Source of the DNA: Acholeplasma sp. CAG:878
GTDB lineage: Bacteria; Bacillota_I; Bacilli_A; RF39; UBA660
Reading direction: 5' to 3'
Length of the DNA: 64,000 nt
Assembly (NCBI GenBank): GCA_000432255.1
Contig: HF989926.1
Location: 65 to 64,064, forward strand
Shown in pieces: positions 21,049-32,054 of the stretch. How positions within the stretch are numbered: the stretch's first letter is position 1; each line of letters opens with the position of its first letter. Made by a program: the position numbers and the translations under genes. Below the pieces are notes generated by a model. It saw nothing but the letters and a program-made list of their open reading frames with translations, searched no databases and was not told the origin of the DNA.

Positions 21049-22275
21049 ATGAAAATATATGATGAATTAGTATGGAGAGGACTTATTCAAGAGATATCTA
21101 GTCCTGACCTAATTGAAAAATTAAATAATGGAGGAATGACTTTTTATATTGGAACAGATCCAACTGCAGATTCAATGCACATTGGTCATTATTCGTCATT
21201 TTTAATTAGTAGAAGATTAAAACAAGCTGGACACACACCACTTCTTTTAGTAGGTGGAGCAACTGGTATGATTGGAGATCCTAAACCAGATACAGAAAGA
21301 CCAATGATTACAAAAGAAGAAGTTGAAAAAAATGTTCAAGGATTGAAAAGTCAAGCTGAAAAAATATTTGGATTTGAAGTTGTTAATAATTACGATTGGA
21401 CTAAAGATATAAATGTAATTGACTTTTTAAGAGATTATGGAAAATACTTTAATGTTAACTACATGATTGCTAAAGACAAAGTTAAATCAAGAATGGAAAC
21501 AGGAATTACTTACGCTGAATTTTCATACATGATTTTGCAAGCGTTAGACTTTTTAGAGTTGTTTGAAACTCGAAATTGCGAATTACAAGTAGCAGGTTCT
21601 GACCAATGGGGTAACATTACTTCAGGAATTGAATTAATTAGAAAAAAGACTGGAAAAGAAGCATATGGAATGGTTATGCCATTAGTAACGGATTCAACTG
21701 GTAAAAAGTTCGGAAAAACCGAAGGAAATGCTTTATGGTTAGATAAAAATAAAACATCAAGTTATGAGATGTACCAATATCTAGTTAATCTTGAAGATTC
21801 AATGATTATTAAATACTTAAAAATGTTAACATTCTTGTCAAAAGAAGAAATCGAAGAATTGGAAAAAATAAACAATGAAAAACCAGAATTAAGAGTTGCT
21901 CACAAAGCATTAGCTAAAGCTATTATTACAGATTTACACGGGGCTTCTGAATACGAAAAAGCCGAAAAAATAAGTACATTATTATTTGGAGGAGAAGTTC
22001 ATGGGTTAAGTGCAGATGATATTATTAGCAATTTAAAAACAATTCCAACTGTTAAAATAAAAGAAAATACTAAAATAGTTGATTTATTAGTTGATAATAA
22101 TATTTGTTCATCAAAAAGAGAAGCAAGAGAAATGTTATCTAGCAACGCTATTTCTCTTAATAATGAAAAAGTTACTGATGAAAATTTAGAAGTAACTAAA
22201 GAAATAGCAATTGATTCAAAAATTGTTTTAATTAGAAAAGGAAAGAAAAAATACTTCTTAGGAATTATTGATTAA
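21049..22275 (+). CDS. tyrS: Tyrosyl-tRNA synthetase
   Basis: HIGH motif (ADSMHIGHY), KMSKS-type motif (KFGKT) and a C-terminal S4-like domain. Confidence 0.93.
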   Translation: MKIYDELVWRGLIQEISSPDLIEKLNNGGMTFYIGTDPTADSMHIGHYSSFLISRRLKQAGHTPLLLVGGATGMIGDPKPDTERPMITKEEVEKNVQGLKSQAEKIFGFEVVNNYDWTKDINVIDFLRDYGKYFNVNYMIAKDKVKSRMETGITYAEFSYMILQALDFLELFETRNCELQVAGSDQWGNITSGIELIRKKTGKEAYGMVMPLVTDSTGKKFGKTEGNALWLDKNKTSSYEMYQYLVNLEDSMIIKYLKMLTFLSKEEIEELEKINNEKPELRVAHKALAKAIITDLHGASEYEKAEKISTLLFGGEVHGLSADDIISNLKTIPTVKIKENTKIVDLLVDNNICSSKREAREMLSSNAISLNNEKVTDENLEVTKEIAIDSKIVLIRKGKKKYFLGIID

Positions 22276-22403
22276 TTCCTTTTTTTATTAATATATATAT
22301 AATAACTTATTTCAATATAAATGTTTCAAAAAAATAATTATAAAAAAGTAAAAAAACATTGTAATATTGCTTTTTTCTTTGCTATAATAATAATGGTGAT
22401 AGA

Positions 22404-22853
22404 ATGGAATACAAAATTACAACAAAAGATGAGATGGAAACAATTGAATTAGCCCAAAATTTTGAATCCGAAAAGTTTCCAAATATGATAATTTGCCTAA
22501 ATGGTGAATTAGGAAGTGGAAAAACTGTATTTACCAAAGGACTTGCTGATGCATTAGGTATTAAAGATACAATAACTTCTCCAACATTTGCAATTATTAA
22601 AGAGTATGATGGTGAGTTACCACTCTACCACATGGATGTATATAGATTAGATGGAAATACTGAAGGTGTTGGTATAGAAGAATATTTTACTAAAGGTGGT
22701 GTTGTTGTAATCGAATGGGCAGATACTATTAAAGACATACTTCCAGAAGAAAGATTAGATATTAAGTTTAAAGTTTTAGATGAAAATAGAAGAATACTAC
22801 ATTTATACCCACATGGAAAGAAATATGAAGAACTATGTGAGGCGGTTATATGA
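22404..22853 (+). CDS. tsaE: tRNA t6A37 threonylcarbamoyladenosine biosynthesis protein TsaE
   Basis: P-loop GELGSGKT and SPTFAI motifs. Confidence 0.88.
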   Translation: MEYKITTKDEMETIELAQNFESEKFPNMIICLNGELGSGKTVFTKGLADALGIKDTITSPTFAIIKEYDGELPLYHMDVYRLDGNTEGVGIEEYFTKGGVVVIEWADTIKDILPEERLDIKFKVLDENRRILHLYPHGKKYEELCEAVI

Positions 22854-23443
22854 CATATTTGTTTATTGATACATCATCAGAAAACTTAATCATTTCTATA
22901 GTTAAAAACATGGAAATGATTTATTGTTTTTTTGAAGAAAACATTACTCAATCATCAAGTAAAATAATGCCTGTTTTAGATGAAGGATTTAAGAAAACAA
23001 ATTTAAAACCAAATGATATAGATAAAATATTTATCGTTAATGGGCCAGGTTCATTTACAGGAATCAGGGTAGGTTTAACGCTAGCTAAAGTTATGTCTTG
23101 GGCACTTAATATACCACTTATTCCTATAAGTGAACTAGAATTATTAAGTACAATTAGCAATAATAATATAATTGTTCCTATAATTGATGCTAGAAGAGGT
23201 TATGTTTATGGTGGAGTATACGATAATAACTTAAATAATATTATTAAAGATGAACACATTTTAAAAGAAGAATTATTAAAAAAAGTTACTAATTATGAAA
23301 TTGTAACTAATGGTAAACCTGATATTATAAAAGTTATTAAAAAACATGAAAATGATTCTCCGGTTAATCCTCATGAAATAAAACCTAATTATTTAAAGTT
23401 AACTGAAGCTGAGGAAAAACTAAATGATAAAAGAGAGAATTAA
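22850..23443 (+). CDS. tsaB: tRNA t6A biosynthesis protein TsaB (YeaZ)
   Basis: YeaZ-like N-terminus LFIDTSS. Overlaps tsaE by 4 nt. Confidence 0.85.
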   Translation: MTYLFIDTSSENLIISIVKNMEMIYCFFEENITQSSSKIMPVLDEGFKKTNLKPNDIDKIFIVNGPGSFTGIRVGLTLAKVMSWALNIPLIPISELELLSTISNNNIIVPIIDARRGYVYGGVYDNNLNNIIKDEHILKEELLKKVTNYEIVTNGKPDIIKVIKKHENDSPVNPHEIKPNYLKLTEAEEKLNDKREN

Positions 23444-23819
23444 TGAAGAAATTAATTTAAATGATTATAAAATTACTGAAAATCCATTTTCAAAATGTTT
23501 GATTTATTTAGAAAATGATAATATTATAGGTTTTCTAGATTATAGTATTATTTATGAAAAAATAGAAATCAATTACATTTTTGTAAAAGAAGAATTTCGT
23601 AATAAAAAAATAGCTTCTAAATTAATGAAAAATTTAATAGAAAACAATCTAGATAAAGAAAATATTACTTTAGAAGTAAATGTCAATAATGTAAGTGCTA
23701 TAAAATTATATAAAAAATTTAATTTTAAAGAAGTAGCAAAAAGACATAATTACTATGGTAGTCTAGATGGTATACTAATGGAGATGAAGTTTTATGAAAA
23801 TACTTGCGATAGAATCTAG
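23424..23819 (+). CDS. rimI: Ribosomal-protein-alanine N-acetyltransferase (GNAT)
   Basis: GNAT fold motifs, in the conserved tsaE-tsaB-rimI-tsaD arrangement. Confidence 0.8.
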   Translation: MIKERINEEINLNDYKITENPFSKCLIYLENDNIIGFLDYSIIYEKIEINYIFVKEEFRNKKIASKLMKNLIENNLDKENITLEVNVNNVSAIKLYKKFNFKEVAKRHNYYGSLDGILMEMKFYENTCDRI

Positions 23820-24810
23820 TTGTGATGAAACTAGTGTAGCAGTTATAGAAGATGGTTGTAAAGATTTAGGAACAGTTATACTTTCTCAAATTGATATCCA
23901 TAAATTATATGGTGGAGTTGTTCCTGAGATTGCTTCAAGAAAACATGTTGAAAGTATAACTATTGTACTTGAAGAAGCATTAAGTAAAAACAACTTAACT
24001 ATGGATAATATTGATGCTATAGCTGTAACATATGGTCCTGGCTTAATTGGCTCATTATTAGTAGGAGTAATTGCTGCTAAAACATTAGCATACATTTATA
24101 ATAAACCATTAATACCAGTTCATCATATTAAAGGACATATATATGCTAATAATTTAGAAAAACCAATGAAATTTCCTTTAATTGCACTAGTAGTAAGTGG
24201 TGGACATACAGAATTAATTTATATGAAAGAACACTATTCATTTGAAAAAATTGGTGGTACTTTAGATGATGCTGTTGGTGAATGTTATGATAAAGTGGCA
24301 AGAGTACTAGGACTTGCTTATCCAGGTGGAGCAAAAGTTGATAAATTGGCTCATGAGGGAATAGATTCATATGAACTACCACTGCCATTAAATGATGAAA
24401 GTTATAATTTTAGTTTCAGTGGAATAAAATCAGCTGTTATTAATCTAAATCACAATGAAAAACAAAAAGGATTTGAAATTAATAAAGAAAACCTTGCTTG
24501 TTCATTTCAAAATAGAATAGTAACTATTTTAACTAAAAAAGCATTAAAAGCATTAAAAGAATATAATGTTAAAAATTTAATTATTGCTGGTGGGGTTGCT
24601 GCTAACATGGGATTAAGAGAAAGTATAACTAAAATGTGTGAAGAAAACAATATAGAACTTACAATTCCTAGAACACTTTATTGTACTGATAATGCCGCAA
24701 TGATTGGAGCAGCCGCATATTATGCTTATAAAAAAAATATTGAAGCCGATTTAAACTTAAATGCTAGAGCAAACATTGATTTAAAGGAGGATTATAAATG
24801 CGAAATGTAG
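23794..24810 (+). CDS. tsaD: tRNA N6-adenosine threonylcarbamoyltransferase TsaD (Kae1/Gcp)
   Basis: [18 protein letters not shown]... plus the HxxGH metal-binding motif (HHIKGH). Confidence 0.93.
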   Translation: MKILAIESSCDETSVAVIEDGCKDLGTVILSQIDIHKLYGGVVPEIASRKHVESITIVLEEALSKNNLTMDNIDAIAVTYGPGLIGSLLVGVIAAKTLAYIYNKPLIPVHHIKGHIYANNLEKPMKFPLIALVVSGGHTELIYMKEHYSFEKIGGTLDDAVGECYDKVARVLGLAYPGGAKVDKLAHEGIDSYELPLPLNDESYNFSFSGIKSAVINLNHNEKQKGFEINKENLACSFQNRIVTILTKKALKALKEYNVKNLIIAGGVAANMGLRESITKMCEENNIELTIPRTLYCTDNAAMIGAAAYYAYKKNIEADLNLNARANIDLKEDYKCEM

Positions 24811-25970
24811 GAACTATAGTAAGAGGTATTAGAACGCCGATTATTAAAGAAAATGATAATTTAGCAAATATAGTAGTAGATTCAGTTTTAAAAGCATGTG
24901 AGACTGAAAAATTTGAATTATTAGATAAGGATGTAATTGCAGTAACTGAAGCGGTTGTTGGAATTTCAGAAGGTAATTATGCAACTGTAGATAATATTTG
25001 TGAAGATATTAAAAATAAATTTAAAACTGGACATTTGGGAGTAGTATTTCCGATTCTAAGTCGAAATCGCTTTTCTATGATTTTAAAAGCATTAGCGCGT
25101 GCAAATAAAAAAATAACTTTACTTTTAAGTTATCCAGCTGATGAAGTTGGAAATCATTTATTTGATGAAAAGTTACTATTTGAAAAAGGAATAGATCCAT
25201 ATACTAAAACATTAAATTATGATGAATATAAAAGTTATTTTAAAGGAATAGTGCATGAATTTACAGGAATTGATTATGTAGATTATTATAAAGAATTAAT
25301 CGAAAGTGAAGATTGTGAAGCAGAGATTATATTTAGTAATAATCCTAAAACGATTTTAAATTATACCAATGAAGTATTAGCTTGTGATATTCATACAAGA
25401 TTTAGAACTAAACAATTATTAAATTGCTTAGGATTAGATGACATTTTAACTGAATCAATTGGTGGAAGTGGTTATAACCCACAATATGGACTATTAGGTT
25501 CAAATAAATCAACTGATGAAAGACTAAAATTATTTCCAAAAGGTGGAGAAAAATTAATATTAGATATTCAAAAACAAATATTTGAAAAAACAGGTAAAAA
25601 TGTTGAAGTTATGGTTTATGGCGATGGAGCGTTTAAAGACCCAGTAGGAAAAATATGGGAATTAGCTGACCCAGTTGTAAGTCCTTTTTACACTAGTGGT
25701 TTGAAAGGAACTCCAAACGAAATTAAATTAAAATATGTTTCTGATAATAAATTTGCTGATTTAAGAGGAGAGGAACTAGAGTTAGCTATTAGAAATGAAA
25801 TAAAAGCCAAAGATAATGATTTAAAAGGCAAAAATATTACTTTAGGTACAACTCCAAGACAAATAACAGACCTTTTGGGTTCATTATGTGATTTGACTAG
25901 TGGTTCTGGTGATAAAGGAACACCTGTTGTATTAGTTCAAAGATATTTTACAAATTATGCTGAAGAATGA
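24798..25970 (+). CDS. CofE-like (F420-0:gamma-glutamyl ligase fold) family protein, ~390 aa
   Basis: The N-terminus [22 protein letters not shown]...[17 protein letters not shown] resembles a CofE-like domain. The function in this organism is unknown. Confidence 0.45.
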   Translation: MRNVGTIVRGIRTPIIKENDNLANIVVDSVLKACETEKFELLDKDVIAVTEAVVGISEGNYATVDNICEDIKNKFKTGHLGVVFPILSRNRFSMILKALARANKKITLLLSYPADEVGNHLFDEKLLFEKGIDPYTKTLNYDEYKSYFKGIVHEFTGIDYVDYYKELIESEDCEAEIIFSNNPKTILNYTNEVLACDIHTRFRTKQLLNCLGLDDILTESIGGSGYNPQYGLLGSNKSTDERLKLFPKGGEKLILDIQKQIFEKTGKNVEVMVYGDGAFKDPVGKIWELADPVVSPFYTSGLKGTPNEIKLKYVSDNKFADLRGEELELAIRNEIKAKDNDLKGKNITLGTTPRQITDLLGSLCDLTSGSGDKGTPVVLVQRYFTNYAEE

Positions 25971-25988
25971 TTCTTTCATTCTTTTTTT
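25965..25988 (+). terminator. Rho-independent terminator
   Basis: GAATGA-ttctt-TCATTC hairpin followed by TTTTTTT. Confidence 0.65.
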
Positions 25989-26165
25989 AATTTTTAAAAG
26001 TAGTTATTTATAATAAAAAATTGAATTATGAAGTCAAGTTGATGTAATTAAAAATTAATATTTTAAACTTTCTTTAGATTTTTAGTGACAAAAATATGTT
26101 TGTATGTTATACTTGCTATAGTATGTAAAAAAAGTGGTATAATAGTATTTAGTTAGGAGAAATTT

Positions 26166-28976
26166 ATGGATAAAATAGTAATAAAAGGTGCAAGAGAAAA
26201 TAATTTAAAAAATATTGATTTAGAATTACCTAAAAATAAATTAATTGTAATGACTGGTGTAAGTGGTAGTGGAAAAAGTAGTCTTGCTTTTGATACTATT
26301 TATGCTGAAGGTCAAAGAAGATATGTTGAGAGTCTAAGTGCTTATGCTAGACAATTTTTAGGGGGCACTGAAAAACCAGATGTTGATAGTATTGAAGGCC
26401 TATCACCTGCTATTAGTATTGACCAAAAAACAACCAATAAAAATCCAAGAAGTACAGTTGGTACAGTAACTGAAATATACGATTATTTAAGGCTTTTATA
26501 TGCAAGAATCGGTATTCCTTATTGCCCTGTTCACAATATCCCAATTACTAGTCAAAGTATTGAAGAAATGACTAATCAAATTATGGAATTAGAAGAAAAT
26601 ACTAAAATAAAAGTTTTAGGATTGATTGTTAATGGAGAAAAAGGTACTCATGCTGATTTATTTGAAAAATTGAGAAGTGATGGTTATGCTAGAGTAATAG
26701 TTGATGATATTGAATATGAATTGGAAGAAGAAATTATATTAGAAAAAAATAAAAAACATACAATTAAAGTTGTTGTTGACAGATTAATTATAAAAGAAGG
26801 AATTAGAAGTAGGTTATACGAATCAATTGAAACGGCATCAAAACTAGGAAAAGGTAAGGTAATTATTGATGTAATAGGTTCTAAAGAAATATTAATGAGC
26901 GAACACTATGCTTGTCCTTTTTGTGATTTTTCGATACCAGAGTTAGAACCTAGAATGTTTAGTTTCAATGCTCCATATGGCGCTTGTGATGATTGCAAAG
27001 GACTTGGTGTAAAACTAAAAATAGATGAAGACTTAATCATTCCTAATAAAGATTTAAGTATAAATGAGGGGGGAATTGTATCTCTAAATTTAGAGGATGG
27101 TAATATTTATTCAACGCAAATAAATACTTTGTCTAAATATTATAATATACCACTTGATAAACCAATTAAGGATTTAAAAAAAGAAGAATTAGATTTAATA
27201 TTATACGGTTCAAAAGATATATTAGAATTTAACTACACGTCTAAAAATGGTAATACTAGAACTTCCAAAGATTATTTTGAAGGAGTTATTACTAATTTAG
27301 AGAGAAGATATATAGAAACTAAAAGTGGTTGGATAAGAGATTGGATTGAAAATTTTATGACTGAACTTCCATGTCCAACCTGTCATGGTTCAAGATTAAA
27401 CGACTCAGTTTTAGCTGTTTTAATAAACGAAAAAAATATTTATGAATTAACTAAAATGAGTATTAAAAAATTAAGAGATTTTTTAGAAAATTTGACTCTT
27501 TCTAAAGAACAGGAAAAAATTGCTGAACTATTACTTAAAGAAATATTAAATAGATTAAATTTCTTATTAAATGTAGGCTTAGAATATTTAACCTTAGATA
27601 GAGTAGCAGGAACACTATCAGGAGGAGAAGCAAGTAGAATTAGATTAGCAACTCAAATAGGTTCAAGATTAACAGGTGTTTTATATGTTTTAGATGAACC
27701 AAGTATAGGCTTGCATCAAAGAGATAATGAAAAACTAATTAATTCAATGTTGGAAATGAGAGATTTAGGCAATACTTTAATAGTTGTTGAACACGATACT
27801 GATACAATGTTAGCAAGTGATTATCTAGTTGATATAGGACCACTTGCAGGAACTCATGGCGGTTGTGTTGTTGCTTGTGGAACACCTTTGGAAGTTATGA
27901 ATAATGAAGATAGTTTAACTGGTAAATATCTAAAAGGAATTTATAAAATAGAAGTACCTAAAACTAGAAGAAAAGGAAATAAAAAATATTTAGAGGTAAT
28001 AGGAGCAAAAGAAAATAATTTAAAAAATATAAATGTTAAAATACCTTTAGGTAAGTTTGTATGTATTACTGGTGTTAGTGGTAGTGGAAAAAGTACATTA
28101 GTAAACGAAATAATATATAAAGCACTAGCAAATAATATTTATAAAACGAAAGAAAAACCAGGAAAATTTAAAAAAATAAAAGGTTTAGAAAATATCGATA
28201 AAGTCGTTCATATTTCACAAAGCCCAATTGGTAGAACGCCAAGAAGTAATCCAGCAACTTATACAGGTGTATTTGATGATATTAGAGATGTTTTTACTGA
28301 TACTAAAGAAGCAAAAATAAAAGGTTATGATAAAGGAAGATTTTCATTTAACGTAAAAGGTGGAAGATGTGAAGCCTGCTTTGGAGACGGTGTTAAAAAA
28401 ATTGAAATGCATTTCTTACCAGATGTTTATGTTCCATGTGAAGTATGCCATGGAACAAGATATAACAATGAAACTTTAAGTATAAAGTATAAAGATAAAA
28501 ATATATATGATGTCTTAGAAATGAGGGTAGAAGAAGCATATGAATTTTTTCAAAATATACCTAAAATTAAAAACAAACTACAAGTATTAATGGATGTTGG
28601 ATTAGATTATATAAAATTAGGTCAAAGTGCTCCAACTCTATCAGGTGGTGAGGCAGGAAGAATAAAATTAGCTAAAGAGTTACAAAAAAAACCAACTGGT
28701 AAAAGTTTATTCATTTTAGATGAACCAACAACAGGATTACACATTCATGACATTAAAAAATTATTATCAATTTTAAATCGAATAGTTGACAATGGAGATA
28801 CAGTTCTTATTATTGAACATAACTTAGATGTTATTAAAGTTGCAGATTATATAATAGATTTAGGCCCAGAAGGCGGAGATTTTGGTGGGACTATAATAGC
28901 TACAGGTACTCCAGAAGAAATATGTAAAGTTGATAATAGTTATACAGGACAATTTTTAAAAAAATATCTCAACTAA
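26166..28976 (+). CDS. uvrA: Excinuclease ABC subunit A
   Basis: 936 aa with two ABC ATPase modules (GVSGSGKSSLAF, GVSGSGKSTLV) and zinc-finger Cys clusters. No LexA (GAAC-N4-GTTC) box was seen upstream. Confidence 0.96.
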   Translation: MDKIVIKGARENNLKNIDLELPKNKLIVMTGVSGSGKSSLAFDTIYAEGQRRYVESLSAYARQFLGGTEKPDVDSIEGLSPAISIDQKTTNKNPRSTVGTVTEIYDYLRLLYARIGIPYCPVHNIPITSQSIEEMTNQIMELEENTKIKVLGLIVNGEKGTHADLFEKLRSDGYARVIVDDIEYELEEEIILEKNKKHTIKVVVDRLIIKEGIRSRLYESIETASKLGKGKVIIDVIGSKEILMSEHYACPFCDFSIPELEPRMFSFNAPYGACDDCKGLGVKLKIDEDLIIPNKDLSINEGGIVSLNLEDGNIYSTQINTLSKYYNIPLDKPIKDLKKEELDLILYGSKDILEFNYTSKNGNTRTSKDYFEGVITNLERRYIETKSGWIRDWIENFMTELPCPTCHGSRLNDSVLAVLINEKNIYELTKMSIKKLRDFLENLTLSKEQEKIAELLLKEILNRLNFLLNVGLEYLTLDRVAGTLSGGEASRIRLATQIGSRLTGVLYVLDEPSIGLHQRDNEKLINSMLEMRDLGNTLIVVEHDTDTMLASDYLVDIGPLAGTHGGCVVACGTPLEVMNNEDSLTGKYLKGIYKIEVPKTRRKGNKKYLEVIGAKENNLKNINVKIPLGKFVCITGVSGSGKSTLVNEIIYKALANNIYKTKEKPGKFKKIKGLENIDKVVHISQSPIGRTPRSNPATYTGVFDDIRDVFTDTKEAKIKGYDKGRFSFNVKGGRCEACFGDGVKKIEMHFLPDVYVPCEVCHGTRYNNETLSIKYKDKNIYDVLEMRVEEAYEFFQNIPKIKNKLQVLMDVGLDYIKLGQSAPTLSGGEAGRIKLAKELQKKPTGKSLFILDEPTTGLHIHDIKKLLSILNRIVDNGDTVLIIEHNLDVIKVADYIIDLGPEGGDFGGTIIATGTPEEICKVDNSYTGQFLKKYLN

Positions 28977-28991
28977 TCAAAATGGATTTAA

Positions 28992-29041
28992 AAAATCAAG
29001 GATTTAGATGAACTAACCTAGTTCTCTTTCCTTGATTTTTT
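28992..29041. terminator. Compound bidirectional terminator between uvrA and the convergent small gene
   Basis: The outer 11-bp stem AAAATCAAGGA/TCCTTGATTTT encloses an inner GAACTA/TAGTTC stem. T-runs are present on both strands. Confidence 0.7.
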
Positions 29042-29140
29042 CTAAACTAGTTTTTTTATTTGATAATTCTAAAATGATGTTTATATCAAGATTTTTCGTA
29101 TTTTTAATTTTTACAAATAAATTATAATTTATTTAAATTT

Positions 29141-29371
29141 TTATCTATAGTATGGCCCATAGTAAGGTGGATATGGATAATATGGATATGGTTGATAGTA
29201 TGGTCTATTATATCCACCATAGAAAGCAGGTGCGATTGCTGCTCCTGTAACTCCTCCTAATAAAAATGGAAAAACAAAGCCTCCAACTCTTTCATCGTTT
29301 GGATTAACTTTATAATTGTTAGGTTTAAACTGTTCATAATTAACAGGTTGGTAATAACCATTTGGTCTCAT
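29141..29371 (-). CDS. Tyr/Pro/Gly-rich small protein (76 aa), possible spore-coat-like structural protein
   Basis: The C-terminus is ...GGYNRPYYQPYPYYPYPPYYGPYYR. RBS AAAGGAG lies 7 nt before the ATG. The composition recalls Tyr-rich spore coat proteins, and the gene is adjacent to sporulation-type genes. Confidence 0.6.
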   Translation of the reverse strand: MRPNGYYQPVNYEQFKPNNYKVNPNDERVGGFVFPFLLGGVTGAAIAPAFYGGYNRPYYQPYPYYPYPPYYGPYYR

Positions 29372-29459
29372 ATAAAAACTCCTTTCATTTTATCTTATGT
29401 AGGCTTTAAAAAAATGTTAAAAAAAACAAATATGCTCATATAATTTATTAGGTGATTTT

Positions 29460-30269
29460 ATGAAGAAGTTTTTTGAAATAATTGGTTTTATAGCATTAGC
29501 TTGTTTTAGTTTTTTCTATACCAATAAAATATCTACGGTAATTATGGTTCAAGATGATTTATTAAAACAAATAGAATCTCTAAAAGAACAAAGTTATATA
29601 AAACCAATTGATGCTTATATTGAAAATGATACAATTATACCTGGTGTTAGTGGCAGAGAAATTGATATAGATGAAAGTTATAAAAAAATGAAACAATTAG
29701 GTAGTTTTAATGACAATTTATTGGTATATAAAACGATTAAACCAAATATTTCAATTAAAGACAATAAAGATAAATGTATAATTAAAGGTTCAAGTAAAAG
29801 AATGGTTAGTTTAGTATTTGATGCAAGTGATAACATACAAGATATTTTAAGTATATTAAATAAAAAAGGTGTTCAAGGTAATTTTTTTGTTAATAACGAA
29901 TGGTTTGAAAAAAATAACCAAATAATAATGGATTTAAATAAGCAAGGTCATATAATTGGAAGTAGTGACACTAATATTAATAATTTAAGTTGGCAAAATT
30001 CTATTTTAAAGAAAATAGTTAAACAAAATAATACTTATTGTTATAGAAAAGTTATGTTAGAAAAATGTTTTAAACAAGATAGTTATACAATTGAACCTAT
30101 TATTTTAAATGATAATTATTTATTAAATATTAAAAATAGTTTAAGTAATGGAGCTATTATAAGCCTAAAAGTTAATAATAGTTTATCAAATGAATTAGAT
30201 GCTGTAATTGATTATATAAACCATAAAGGATATGACATTGTTAATTTGGATATTTTAATAAATGAATAA
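29460..30269 (+). CDS. Polysaccharide deacetylase family protein (NodB domain; PdaB-like, membrane-anchored)
   Basis: N-terminal TM helix followed by a NodB-like region (MVSLVFDAS...GVQGNFFV...GHIIG). Confidence 0.65.
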   Translation: MKKFFEIIGFIALACFSFFYTNKISTVIMVQDDLLKQIESLKEQSYIKPIDAYIENDTIIPGVSGREIDIDESYKKMKQLGSFNDNLLVYKTIKPNISIKDNKDKCIIKGSSKRMVSLVFDASDNIQDILSILNKKGVQGNFFVNNEWFEKNNQIIMDLNKQGHIIGSSDTNINNLSWQNSILKKIVKQNNTYCYRKVMLEKCFKQDSYTIEPIILNDNYLLNIKNSLSNGAIISLKVNNSLSNELDAVIDYINHKGYDIVNLDILINE

Positions 30270-30308
30270 TATTAAATTATTTTCATATATTTTAATGGGA
30301 GGAAAATT

Positions 30309-30962
30309 ATGAAAAAAATAATACCATTAAAAAAGGAATTGAATTTTAATAATAATTTGGCTGAGGTAACTAGTATCTCATTAGAACACAATTTAAATTT
30401 AGAAAACGAACATGTTTTAGGTGAACTTATAATTACTGGTACATATAAAATAAATGATACAAGCATAAACGTCGAAAATTTTGATTTTAAGATACCTGTT
30501 GATATTGAAATTAGTAATCGTTATGATATAAGTAATTTAAAAATTGATATTGACGATTTCTTCTATGAAGTATTAGATAATAGTACATTAAATGTATCTG
30601 TTGCTATTGCATTAGATAATTTAGAAGAAAAAGTGATAAAGGAAGAAAAGGTAGAAAATACAGTTGATGTTCCAATTGAAACTGTTACCGAAAATATAAT
30701 TGAAGATGTAAAACCATTTCCAATTAAAGAAGCAGAAGAAAGAATTAGCCAAGAAGAAGTAGGAAGTATATTTACTAATTTTGATGAATCAAAAGAAACT
30801 TATGTTACTTATAAAGTTTGTATTGTAAAAGAAGGGGATAATATAGATAGTATATTATTAAAATACAATATTACAAGAGAGACTCTTGAACAATATAATA
30901 ACTTAAGCGAAATAAAAATCGGTGATAAATTAATTATTCCAGCTGTTTATGCAAAAAATTAA
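30309..30962 (+). CDS. SpoVID-like protein (SPOCS/DUF3794-like N-domain + C-terminal LysM)
   Basis: The C-terminal LysM motif is YVTYKVCIVKEGDNIDSILLKYNITRETLEQYNNLSEIKIGDKLIIP. The N-domain resembles SpoVID, and the gene is followed by a ysxE-like gene as in Bacillus. Confidence 0.55.
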   Translation: MKKIIPLKKELNFNNNLAEVTSISLEHNLNLENEHVLGELIITGTYKINDTSINVENFDFKIPVDIEISNRYDISNLKIDIDDFFYEVLDNSTLNVSVAIALDNLEEKVIKEEKVENTVDVPIETVTENIIEDVKPFPIKEAEERISQEEVGSIFTNFDESKETYVTYKVCIVKEGDNIDSILLKYNITRETLEQYNNLSEIKIGDKLIIPAVYAKN

Positions 30963-31845
30963 TGAAATTTTAAAAAAATATAATATAAAACCTCATCGCT
31001 ATGAAAAAAATGGGAAAGTTATAATAGTAAGCGATGAGGTTAATAAATATGTTATAAAAAAAAATCAAAGGAATCAAGAAATCTTTGAATATTTAAGAAA
31101 TAGAAGTTTTGACTATTATCCTAAAATATTAAATGATTCTAATGATTCCTATGAAATAAGTGAATATATTTATGATGATTACATTCCAGATGAACAAAAA
31201 ATGTTAGATTTAATAAAGTTGGTTAGTCTTTTACACAATAAGACAACTCATTATAAGGAAGTAGATTTTGCAGATTACAAAACAATATATGAAACCTTAT
31301 CAAACAATATTGAGTATTTATATAGTTATTATAATGACATTATAACACTTATTGAAACTAAAGTTTATATGAGTCCAAGTGAATATTTATTAGCGAGAAA
31401 CATTTCAAAAATATTTGGTTCATTAAATTTTAGTAAACAAGAGTTAGAAAAATGGTATAAATTAGTTGAGAATAAAACGAAACAAAGAGTTGTTGTTCTA
31501 CACAATAATTTAGATTTAAGCCATTTCAGAAGTAATACTAAAAATTATTTACTTAGTTGGGATAAAGCTAAATTAGGAATACCAATTTTTGACTTATATA
31601 TTCTATATAAACGCCATGGATTAGATTTCAATTTTGAGGAAATTTTGAAATATTATGAGTCTTCTTACAAATTGCAAGAAGATGAAAAAATTTTATTTTT
31701 CATTTTAATTGCTTTGCCAGATAAAATAGAATTTGATGGGACTTTATATGAGCAAACCAAAAAGATAGGTAAATTTTTAGATTTGTCGTATAAGACCGAA
31801 AGCCTCATCTCACCATATTATACGAAAAAGGAGCCAAGCAATTAA
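30949..31845 (+). CDS. CotS/YsxE-family spore coat protein (aminoglycoside-phosphotransferase-like kinase fold)
   Basis: Kinase-like motifs VVLHNNLDLSHF and SWDKAKLGIPIFDL. It overlaps the spoVID-like gene, giving spoVID-ysxE synteny. Confidence 0.6.
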   Translation: MQKINEILKKYNIKPHRYEKNGKVIIVSDEVNKYVIKKNQRNQEIFEYLRNRSFDYYPKILNDSNDSYEISEYIYDDYIPDEQKMLDLIKLVSLLHNKTTHYKEVDFADYKTIYETLSNNIEYLYSYYNDIITLIETKVYMSPSEYLLARNISKIFGSLNFSKQELEKWYKLVENKTKQRVVVLHNNLDLSHFRSNTKNYLLSWDKAKLGIPIFDLYILYKRHGLDFNFEEILKYYESSYKLQEDEKILFFILIALPDKIEFDGTLYEQTKKIGKFLDLSYKTESLISPYYTKKEPSN

Positions 31846-32054
31846 TAACCATAAGATAAATAGTAAAAAGATATTTAATCTTGTAACTATAAGCAAAGTA
31901 ATAATAAGTTGCCAAAAAAATATAACACAACAAATTACTAAACACATTAAGCATGTTCCTCTTGACCATCTTTTAAACATTATACTCACCTAATATTATT
32001 TTATGACTTTTAAAAAAAAAGAATTGGGTGTATACTATATATAGGTGGTTTTTT

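Noticed and set aside
25971-26165. Searched for a LexA/Cheo box (GAAC-N4-GTTC) upstream of uvrA
   Set aside because: None is present. uvrA appears to have only an extended -10 promoter (TGgTATAAT near 26131-26141).
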